Shown in pieces: positions 1-7,301 of a stretch of 64,000 nt of DNA; the stretch's first letter is position 1, and the number at the start of each line of letters is the position of its first letter. Position numbers and translations under genes: made by a program. The notes under the pieces were generated by a model. That model was not told the DNA's origin. It saw only the letters and a program-made list of their open reading frames with translations, and did no database searches. Source of the stretch: an uncultured Dehalococcoidia bacterium (GTDB lineage Bacteria; Chloroflexota; Dehalococcoidia; Lucifugimonadales; UBA3495); assembly GCA_958296225.1 (NCBI GenBank), contig OY282456.1:3600768-3664767 (forward strand), written 5' to 3'.

Positions 1-842
1 AGCGCGGCCTGGCCCTGGGCATCCTGGGCACCGTAACCGGCGGGGCCATGCTGCTGATGTGGTGGCTGAGCAGCTGGGTGGCCGGCGAGTGGGGCTGGCG
101 CGCCGCCTTCCGCTACCCGCCGCTGATTATTATGGCCCTGGGCATCGCCTTCTACCTGTTTTCCCGCGACCGCCCGCGGGACGTTGGCCTGCCCGAATAC
201 ATCGAAGAGGACGAAATTTCCGCCGCGCCGGAATCGGTCAGCGACGAAGAGCTCAAAGGGCTCGGCCCCTACAAAGTCCTGCTGTCCAACTCCCGCTTCC
301 AGCTGGCCTGCCACGTCAAGGGGCTGGAAAACGTGGCCCGCTACGGTCTGACGACGTGGGTGCCCCTGTATTACTTTGAGGCCGGCGGCCTGGACATTAC
401 CCAAACCGTCCTCATCACTTTCCTGCTGCCCCTGGGCTACCTGATTGCGCCCCCGGTCGCCGGCGTCGTCTCCGACCGCCTGCTGGGGAGCCGCCGCCGT
501 CCGCTGGTAATAGCGTCCTGCTTCCTGTCCGCCGCCGCCCTGGTGGCAATCGCGCTGGCTCCGCCGTCCAACGCCGGGCTGGGCGCGGCGCTGATGCTGT
601 GGGGCGGTATCAGTATGGGCGTGTCCCTCATTTCTGCCATCTCGGTGGACCTGTCGGGGCGCAAGATGGCCGGCACCGGGGCGGGAGTGCTGGATGCCCA
701 CGGCTACCTCTACGCCGGCGCCCAGGCCATGATATTCAGCGTCCTGCTGGATATGTCCGGCAGCCCGTGGCCGATAGTGTTCCTGGCCATGGCCGCCACC
801 CGCCTGATTTCCGCCGCTATGATTAGCCGGGTGCGGGTGTAA
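1..842 (+). CDS. MFS transporter, C-terminal portion (5' end outside window)
   Basis: Frame is open from the window edge (codons phased from nt 3) to TAA at 840-842. Several hydrophobic helices. The loop DRPRDVGLPEYIEE resembles organophosphate/oxalate-formate type MFS antiporters. Confidence 0.7.
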   Translation, partial: RGLALGILGTVTGGAMLLMWWLSSWVAGEWGWRAAFRYPPLIIMALGIAFYLFSRDRPRDVGLPEYIEEDEISAAPESVSDEELKGLGPYKVLLSNSRFQLACHVKGLENVARYGLTTWVPLYYFEAGGLDITQTVLITFLLPLGYLIAPPVAGVVSDRLLGSRRRPLVIASCFLSAAALVAIALAPPSNAGLGAALMLWGGISMGVSLISAISVDLSGRKMAGTGAGVLDAHGYLYAGAQAMIFSVLLDMSGSPWPIVFLAMAATRLISAAMISRVRV

Positions 843-849
843 CATCGCC

Positions 850-1385
850 GGCAGCGTTCCGTTTCAGGTGGTTTGGTTATTCCTCTGTGGTGGTGGGCTG
901 GGTTCATTGGCAATGCGTCCTTTTGCTGGTTCAGGTGGTTGGCGGGATGCGGTGCGCGGGCCAGAGGTTACCGGTCATTGTCAGCCCCACGGCCGGGGGG
1001 GTTACGCAAGGTTTTGCTCCGATGGTTCGTGAGCCGCGCTTTTAAGGGCGCAGCCACGCAGCGCGGTGGCAGTCGCTGTTGGCCGGTTAGACCGTACTCG
1101 CGTAAGCATTGGACGAGGGGTCTCCACGACGCCGGTATGCGATTTTAGTGCTGACTGGCCGTTGACGACCGGTTGACCTCTGGCTGGACTGAGATTCACG
1201 TGATAGATTGCAGTATAGTACCGATGTTCGCGGTTGTCAAAGGGGGTTGTCAGTAGGCGGGGCCGGGGCAAAGTGCGGGCGGCAGGTTTTGCGAGCGCCG
1301 GAGCGGGAGCGCTGCCCCTCTCCCACAAGGGGAGAGGGCTTTAATGACTTTGCAAAGCCCCGACCACCTAAAACGGAACGCTACC
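850..1385. mobile_element. MITE-like non-autonomous element, long member (536 bp), with 9-bp target-site duplication
   Basis: Terminal inverted repeats GGCAGCGTTCCGTTTCAGGTGGTTTGGTT (850-878) and the reverse complement of GGTAGCGTTCCGTTTTAGGTGGTCG (1361-1385). AACATCGCC is present at both 841-849 and 1386-1394. No convincing ORF inside. Confidence 0.75.
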
Positions 1386-1439
1386 AACATCGCCAGCCTT
1401 CTTGTCATTGCCAGCGCGGCGTGGCAATCTCGAAGGGCC

Positions 1440-2624
1440 ATGCCGCGCGCCGTCGGACGAATCGCTTACCGCTGCTACGTAGCCATCATCATAGGCGGCG
1501 TGGCCATTGCCGCCGTGCTGACGCTGTGCCGGCCGGCGACTACGGCTATCCAAACCGCTGCCTTCGCGGCACAGGTGCTGCCCTCTCCGGTGAAGATACA
1601 GCCCGGGATTACTGCGGAGCCACGACGCCTGACGACCACTTTCCAGCGCCACGACGGAACCGACGCCGATGCCGACATTTACGTGATTCCCGACGGGCGA
1701 CGCCGGGCCGGGTTGCTGATATTCCTGGGCGCCAACGCCGCCGGCGCCGACGACCCCGAAGTGGTCAACCTGGGCCAAGCCCTGGCCCGCGCCGGCTTTG
1801 CGGTAATGTACTACTGGTCGCCGACGATGGGACTGCAAGCCCAGGTGGATGCTGGCGAAATCCCCAACATCGTCGCCGGATTTGAGCATCTCAGCCAGCA
1901 GCAATACGTTGACCCGCAGCGGGTTGGGATGGCCGGCTTTTCGGTGGGCGCGTCCTTCGCTCTGGTAGCCGCCGCGGACGAACGTATCGCCGACGACATC
2001 GCTTTCGTCAACGCTTTCGGCGGTTACTACGACACTGCCGACCTGATGACGCAAATCGCCGCCGGGCGCGCGGTCAGTGATGATACCGAAACCCGGTGGG
2101 AAGTCGACCGGCTCACCCAACGGGTGTACAACAATATGCTAATCGGAGCGTTATCCGACCCGGCCCACCGCGAGGCGGCCCAAGCCATCGCCGCCGGCGC
2201 CGGTTACGAAGCGCCCGCCGGGTTGCCCGTTGACGCCGCCGCGGCGCTGTCCCTGCTGGCAGGCGCGGACAGCATCGCTCAGGCGCAAGAAATTTACGAC
2301 CGGCTGCCCCCCGATTTTCAGGCGCAGGTCGATTCCATATCGCCATCCCACCATGTTGGAGAATGGAGCGGCGATACCGTGATGCGGGTGATGCACGACC
2401 GGGGCGACCCACTCATCCCGGTGGGCGAGTCCCGTCGCTTGGTGGATGCTCTCCGCCAGCAGCGGCCCGACGTGGCCGTGTCCTACACCGAAACCGACAT
2501 CTTCCGCCACGTCCGCCCGGATGCTGACCGGGACTTGCAATCGCTGCTCCGGGGCGCCGGGCAGCTGTACCGGCATATGTACCACATCATCGCGGTGGCG
2601 CGGCGGCCGGCGCCGCCCGGCTAG
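1440..2624 (+). CDS. alpha/beta hydrolase (dienelactone hydrolase / prolyl oligopeptidase-like), N-terminal TM helix
   Basis: Nucleophile elbow GFSVGAS, later HDRGDPLIP and FRHV (Ser-Asp-His order). The track ORF starts at 1344, but its first 32 aa are a translation of the MITE terminus (DHLKRNAT), so ATG 1440 is preferred. Confidence 0.65.
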   Translation: MPRAVGRIAYRCYVAIIIGGVAIAAVLTLCRPATTAIQTAAFAAQVLPSPVKIQPGITAEPRRLTTTFQRHDGTDADADIYVIPDGRRRAGLLIFLGANAAGADDPEVVNLGQALARAGFAVMYYWSPTMGLQAQVDAGEIPNIVAGFEHLSQQQYVDPQRVGMAGFSVGASFALVAAADERIADDIAFVNAFGGYYDTADLMTQIAAGRAVSDDTETRWEVDRLTQRVYNNMLIGALSDPAHREAAQAIAAGAGYEAPAGLPVDAAAALSLLAGADSIAQAQEIYDRLPPDFQAQVDSISPSHHVGEWSGDTVMRVMHDRGDPLIPVGESRRLVDALRQQRPDVAVSYTETDIFRHVRPDADRDLQSLLRGAGQLYRHMYHIIAVARRPAPPG

Positions 2625-3361
2625 GCGGCGGCGTCGGGTGGCGTGATGCCGTGTTCGCGGAGCAGCCGTTCGAGGGCCTGGACGCGCGCTTCGGCAGCTT
2701 GCCGGGCGGCGGCTTCTTCCAGTCGGGCGGCGGTTTCTTCCTGAAGGTTGCGCAGCCAGGTTTGGCTTACCGGGTCGAATAGCCTGATTTCGCCGTCGCG
2801 GACGCAAATATCGAGTCCCAGGGTTTGGCAGCGCCCGCGCAGGATGCCTTCGTGGTCAGCAACAAGGACGGGTTCGTATTGCCCCCGGCGGTTGAGGAGT
2901 TCGCCGACCAGGGGCGGCTGAAAATAGTCGCCGTTGGTGGGGTCGAAACGCCAGTACTCGGTTACGCCCATCGCCGCGTAGATATCACGCTTTTCCCTGG
3001 CGTCTCTGATGTAGGTTCCGGGCGATGCAACCTCCAGTATGAAGTCGGGGGCTTTGCCCTCGCGCCAAACGAAAAAGGAGCCTCTCGGATGGTCGGCGAC
3101 GCCGAATACCACAAAGACGTCGGGCGCCAGACTGCGGTCGGGGTTGTTCATCTCGTAATAGACGAGCATATCGGCCGAGACATAGACATCGGGCCGGTGC
3201 GCGAAATGCTGGATTAGCGTTTCGCTGGTGTCAATTATCGCCCGGCGCTGGGCATCGGATTCGGCCATGGGTTCATCGTCAGAGCAGGGGTAATGGATGT
3301 TGGGGTCTTCTTCCCCGGCCGCGAGGGGGGTGAGACCGGTTTTGACGGGCCTGGTCGCCAT
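2621..3361 (-). CDS. Uma2 family (DUF820) PD-(D/E)xK endonuclease-like protein
   Basis: Family-typical segments YPCSDDEPMAES, PDVFVVFGV, APDFILEVASP and REKRDIYAAMGVTEYWRFDP, plus a C-terminal Ala/Glu coiled tail. Confidence 0.85.
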   Translation of the reverse strand: MATRPVKTGLTPLAAGEEDPNIHYPCSDDEPMAESDAQRRAIIDTSETLIQHFAHRPDVYVSADMLVYYEMNNPDRSLAPDVFVVFGVADHPRGSFFVWREGKAPDFILEVASPGTYIRDAREKRDIYAAMGVTEYWRFDPTNGDYFQPPLVGELLNRRGQYEPVLVADHEGILRGRCQTLGLDICVRDGEIRLFDPVSQTWLRNLQEETAARLEEAAARQAAEARVQALERLLREHGITPPDAAA

Positions 3362-3380
3362 GAGCGTTACTCTCTATCAG

Positions 3381-3731
3381 TCAGTTGCGATTCTTCAGCC
3401 GCTCCAGCTGCTGCACCGTACCCGGCAGTTTCCAGTCCACGTACAGCAGGACGTGCTCCTTGATGGCCTCTTCATGCACCCGGCAGGAAAAGCAGGCCCG
3501 GTCGATGCAGAGGCCGTGGCGGGGGCGGAGGGCCTCCCGCAGCGCCGTTAGCTGCCCGGCCAGGTCGGAATCAACGGCCTTGCCCTCCCGCGCCAAATCC
3601 AGCAGCGCGTCCATCTGCCCGGCCAGCCGCTCCAGCAGTTCGTTATAGCGCTGCAACCCCTGCTCCACGAAGTTGCGCGGCTCCGTCGCCGTCAGATAGG
3701 GAATCATCTGCATATCAGGAACATCGGCCAT
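3381..3731 (-). CDS. hypothetical protein (116 aa, helical, CxxC-like CFSC)
   Basis: ORF with codon usage like its neighbours, 20 nt downstream of the Uma2 gene on the same strand. No family recognised. Confidence 0.45.
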   Translation of the reverse strand: MADVPDMQMIPYLTATEPRNFVEQGLQRYNELLERLAGQMDALLDLAREGKAVDSDLAGQLTALREALRPRHGLCIDRACFSCRVHEEAIKEHVLLYVDWKLPGTVQQLERLKNRN

Positions 3732-3779
3732 GCTGCACCTGCCATAGGGGGCGTTACGGCGTCATCCGCCGGCGATACT

Positions 3780-3888
3780 GTACCACACCCGCCGACTCCG
3801 CCCGGTCATTGCGAGTTCGCATTATCGCAACTTACTGGCCGCAATCCAGATGGTACCACACCCGCCGACTCCGCCCGGTCATTGCGAG
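3780..3888. repeat. two identical 36-nt direct repeats (3780-3815 and 3853-3888) separated by 37 nt
   Basis: GTACCACACCCGCCGACTCCGCCCGGTCATTGCGAG occurs twice. The second copy contains the stop codon and last codons of the DUF1385 gene. Confidence 0.9.
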
Positions 3889-4829
3889 GGGAGGGGGGCG
3901 GTCTCGTCGGCGGCCTGGCCATCCGCCGCCAGGGCCGCGGTCATGGCGGCGATGGCTACCTCGATTTGGGCCTCATCCGGCTGGCGGGTGGTGATGAGCT
4001 GCAGCAGCAGGCCCGGCGCCGCGAGAGCCTGGCCGAACCAGGCGCGGCGGTGCGCTCCGGCGAAGCGGATGATTTCGTAGCTCGCCGCCGCTACCACCGG
4101 AATCAGCACGATGCGGGAGAGGATGCGCCATTCCAGGTCGGGGCGGCCCAGCAGGGCGAACACCAGCACCGACACCACGGCAACCGTCAGCAGAAACGCC
4201 GTGCCGCAGCGGGGGTGCGGCGTGGGATGCCGTCGCACGTTGTCCACGGTGAGGGCCTGGCCGGCCTCGTAGGTATGCACCGCCATGTGCTCGGCCCCGT
4301 GGTAGGCGTACACGCGGCGAATGTCCTTCATCGCCGATATGCCGGCCACGTAGGCGACCAGAATCACCAGGCGGATAACTCCCTCAATGAGGTTGCTCAC
4401 CACCGACGACGCCAGGAACGGGTCGATGAGCCGTACCGCCAGCAGGGGCAGCACCAGAAAAATGCCGATGCCCAGCGCCAGGGCAATCGCCATGGTCAGC
4501 CCCATTGTCCAGCCGCTGACCTGGGGTTGGGCGCCGTTTCCCGCGCCCGGCTCCTCGGCGGCGAGGATGGCCGAACGCTGCAGCGACTTCATGCCCAGCC
4601 ACAGGGTTTCGGCGAGAATCAGCGCCCCGCGCAGGAAGGGTATGCGACGCACTCGCCCCGAGAACCGGGTGCTGACCGGCTCGGTGGCGCAGTAGATGCC
4701 GCCGTCAGGGCGGCGCACCGCCAAGCTATAGTGGCGCACTCCGCGAATCATTACGCCCTCAATCACCGCCTGCCCGCCGTAGAGGGGGCGGGAGGGCGGC
4801 GACGGGGCGGCTGGGGGCTGGCTACTCAT
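3879..4829 (-). CDS. DUF1385 domain-containing membrane protein
   Basis: YGGQAVIEGVMIRG and YHGAEHM signatures plus several TM helices. Start placed at ATG 4829 (MSSQPP), just after the stop of the upstream gene. The track's longer start would overlap that gene. Confidence 0.8.
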   Translation of the reverse strand: MSSQPPAAPSPPSRPLYGGQAVIEGVMIRGVRHYSLAVRRPDGGIYCATEPVSTRFSGRVRRIPFLRGALILAETLWLGMKSLQRSAILAAEEPGAGNGAQPQVSGWTMGLTMAIALALGIGIFLVLPLLAVRLIDPFLASSVVSNLIEGVIRLVILVAYVAGISAMKDIRRVYAYHGAEHMAVHTYEAGQALTVDNVRRHPTPHPRCGTAFLLTVAVVSVLVFALLGRPDLEWRILSRIVLIPVVAAASYEIIRFAGAHRRAWFGQALAAPGLLLQLITTRQPDEAQIEVAIAAMTAALAADGQAADETAPLPSQ

Positions 4830-5229
4830 CCAACTTGTACCAGGCTTCTTTGAACCGGTCGTCAGAGAAAGATTCGGGCTGCAGCCAGAGCGCGCCGTCG
4901 CACTCATCTTCCAGCCGGCCGGGGCCGCGCACGTCATCCCGGGAGAGCAGGTACGTTACCGGCGTCTGCTCCAGGATGTGGGTACTGATGACCAGATACT
5001 CCCAATCCCAGTCCAGACCGTGCCGGTCGTAAAACCGCACTGCCTGGCGGCGTTCCTGGGAGTGGAACTTGAGCCGCACCTCTCGCCCATCCGCCGGAAT
5101 CCCGGCGATGACCGCATCCTCATTGGGGCTGCGGCGGGCGATGAAGCATTGCCAGCCGTGTTCGGCCAGCCGCTCCGCCAGGTAGATGCGGCCGTATTCA
5201 CGCACGGTTTGGGGAACGTAGCGCGGCAT
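4822..5229 (-). CDS. hypothetical protein (135 aa), possible PD-(D/E)xK-like fold
   Basis: Clean ORF immediately upstream of the DUF1385 gene. The segment NEDAVIAGIPADGREVRLK has a D...ExK-like spacing. Weak call. Confidence 0.5.
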   Translation of the reverse strand: MPRYVPQTVREYGRIYLAERLAEHGWQCFIARRSPNEDAVIAGIPADGREVRLKFHSQERRQAVRFYDRHGLDWDWEYLVISTHILEQTPVTYLLSRDDVRGPGRLEDECDGALWLQPESFSDDRFKEAWYKLDE

Positions 5230-5266
5230 TTTGGGTTGTCCTTGACGGGGTTGGGCGCAAAGCCAC

Positions 5267-5292
5267 AGGGGCGACGCGCGCGCGTCGCCCCT
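5267..5292 (-). terminator. GC-rich palindromic hairpin downstream of rpmE (REP-like / possible terminator)
   Basis: AGGGGCGACGCG CG CGCGTCGCCCCT, a perfect 12-bp stem 30 nt after the rpmE stop. No clear U-tract. Confidence 0.4.
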
Positions 5293-5322
5293 ACAATAGC
5301 ATTGCCACGGTTGGACGTGGGG

Positions 5323-5526
5323 TCATCCGTCGAGGTTAAACCGGCGCGAGAACCGTTCGATGCGCCCTTGCGTATCGACGATGCGCTGCTCGCCGGTATA
5401 GAAGGGGTGGCAGCGTCCGCAAATTTCTATGCGCAGGGCCTGCTTGGTGGCGCCGGTCTGGAAGACGTTGCCGCAGGAGCACGTAACCGTGGCGCTGAAA
5501 TACCGGGGGTGAATTTCTGCTTTCAT
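5323..5526 (-). CDS. rpmE: 50S ribosomal protein L31
   Basis: MKAEIHPRYF...CSCGN...ICGRCHPFYTG...RIERFSRRF. Start at the internal ATG 5526. The upstream part of the track ORF is non-coding. Confidence 0.95.
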   Translation of the reverse strand: MKAEIHPRYFSATVTCSCGNVFQTGATKQALRIEICGRCHPFYTGEQRIVDTQGRIERFSRRFNLDG

Positions 5527-5536
5527 GACAATACCT

Positions 5537-5815
5537 CTACGCCGCCGCTGCCGACACGTCGGCCCTGGGGTACACGCTGACCCGCCGTTTGCCTCTGGCC
5601 GCCCACTCGTAGGTAACCTGGCCGTCAATCTTGGCGAACAGGGTGTAGTCCCGGCCCATGCCCACGTTGGAGCCGGGCCGGATGCGGGTGCCGCGCTGGC
5701 GGACGATGATGGAGCCACCGGTTACGCGCTCGCCTCCGTAGCGCTTGACGCCCAGCCGTTTGGCGTTGCTGTCGCGGCCGTTGTTGGTGCTGCCGCCGGC
5801 CTTCTTGTGGGCCAT
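5537..5815 (-). CDS. rpmA: 50S ribosomal protein L27
   Basis: [29 protein letters not shown]...IIVRQRGT. Confidence 0.97.
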   Translation of the reverse strand: MAHKKAGGSTNNGRDSNAKRLGVKRYGGERVTGGSIIVRQRGTRIRPGSNVGMGRDYTLFAKIDGQVTYEWAARGKRRVSVYPRADVSAAAA

Positions 5816-5819
5816 TGCT

Positions 5820-6140
5820 CTAGCCTCCCGTCTCGATACCCTGAATCAGGATGCGAGTGTAGTTTTGCCGATGCCCGCGCTTGCGGCGGTACCGGGTCTT
5901 GGCTTTGTACTTGTACACGATGACCTTGCGGTCTTTGTAGTGGGACTGCACCTCGGCGATAACCCGCGCGCCAGCCACGATAGGCGCGCCAAAACGCACC
6001 TGCCCATCCCGCGACACTGCGAGCACCTCAGGCAGCTCGGTGGTAGTCCCTTCCTCGGCAGTGAGCAGTTCCACATCGAGCACATCGCCCGGCGAGACGC
6101 GGTATTGCTTGCCGCCCGTTTTAACGATTGCGTAATCCAT
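5820..6140 (-). CDS. rplU: 50S ribosomal protein L21
   Basis: [24 protein letters not shown]...[20 protein letters not shown]. Confidence 0.97.
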   Translation of the reverse strand: MDYAIVKTGGKQYRVSPGDVLDVELLTAEEGTTTELPEVLAVSRDGQVRFGAPIVAGARVIAEVQSHYKDRKVIVYKYKAKTRYRRKRGHRQNYTRILIQGIETGG

Positions 6141-6211
6141 TTTGATAATCTCCCAAACGGCCTATCATTTTAGGGGCGGGGCGTTCGGGCTGTCAAGCGT
6201 GATGCTGCTGG

Positions 6212-6333
6212 GGTAGCGTTTCGTTTTAGGTGGTCGAGGCTTTGCAAAGTCAGAGATGCCGCTCTTGCCGTTCCTGGATTCCCGCTATAGCGGGAATGGG
6301 GAATAACCAAACCACCTGAAACGAAACGCTCCC
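6212..6333. mobile_element. MITE, short member (122 bp) of the same TIR family
   Basis: Left end GGTAGCGTTTCGTTTTAGGTGGTCGAGGCTTTGCAAAGTC matches the right end of the 850-1385 element. Right end (reverse complement GGGAGCGTTTCGTTTCAGGTGGTTTGGTTATTCC) matches that element's left end. Internal hairpin ATTCCCGC TATA GCGGGAAT. Lies upstream of rplU. Confidence 0.75.
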
Positions 6334-7247
6334 GATTCCAACCCGTATCCGCCGGAATTAACGCCGTCGCCGCGCTGCTGGTAGTGGCGGCGACCACCGC
6401 CGGCGGCAGCCAGTCCCCACCCGTCCCCCGGACGCTGGCCGCCGCAGTCCGTCAGGCGGAGATTGCTTTGTGGGGTGGAGCGCCCGCCAAAAGCAGTGGC
6501 CGCCGCTCACCGTGCCTGCCGCCGACCACCACGCCACGCTGTAGGTATTCTCCAGGAACAAGGGCATCCACTCGGCGCTGCGGGACCGGCTGCGACGATT
6601 GCAGCGATGGACCAGGGGATACAACAAGAGCCTGGCGATGCTGCGGGATTCGATAGCCCTGGTCTGCTTACGGCTGGGTCTAATCTAACACCAACACGCG
6701 TTGGGAATAGCATGACAACCGCGGTCGGTATCACGAGTGTCATAATCAGCATCGCCTCCGTTTTCGAGACTGTGTCAGCGGGCGGTTGGTAAACTCTTGT
6801 AATCCCATAGCCGGCCTCCCTGCACTGGAAACTCGCTAGGGGCTGTTGACAATTAGAATTCTACTCATCGTTCCGGTGAAAGCCGGAATCTGTAGGTTGT
6901 TTGGTGACTGATTACTTGACCGCAATAGTGAATTACACTACTGGATTCCCACGAAAGCAGGAATGATGGTCATTTGTCAACAGACTCTAGAATGAGTCCA
7001 CAAAATCCGAGTCTGAGAAAGAGTCACCTTTGGAGTGTGACGTGAACGTTCATCGGCACTACACGGAGAGCGATAAACTGGTAGTCCTTCCGGTGTAGTT
7101 TCCCAGGCACCTACCCCGGAAAGTGTGCATAGCACCGAAACGCAGTCTTGCCCAGATTCTGCCGCACCGTCCAATTCATCTGCGACATCCCCCCAAATCC
7201 ACCAATTTTCGCCCATATCGTATGTATTCATCATTCCCTCGCTGGCG

Positions 7248-7280
7248 ACGTAGGGACGGGTTTCAAACCCGCCCCTACGT
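7248..7280. repeat. REP-like hairpin ACGTAGGGACGGGTTTCAAACCCGCCCCTACGT
   Basis: Near-perfect palindrome just 3' of the xanthine-dehydrogenase-family gene. A sister copy lies at 32668-32692. Confidence 0.7.
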
Positions 7281-7301
7281 ATTTGTCCCATCCGGCGTTA
7301 C

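Noticed and set aside
6358-6792. Overlapping 80-109-aa ORFs on both strands
   Set aside because: Mutually overlapping and Arg/Pro/Ala/Gly-rich, with no RBS at a sensible distance and no recognisable motif. Left unannotated and noted as an uncalled region instead.
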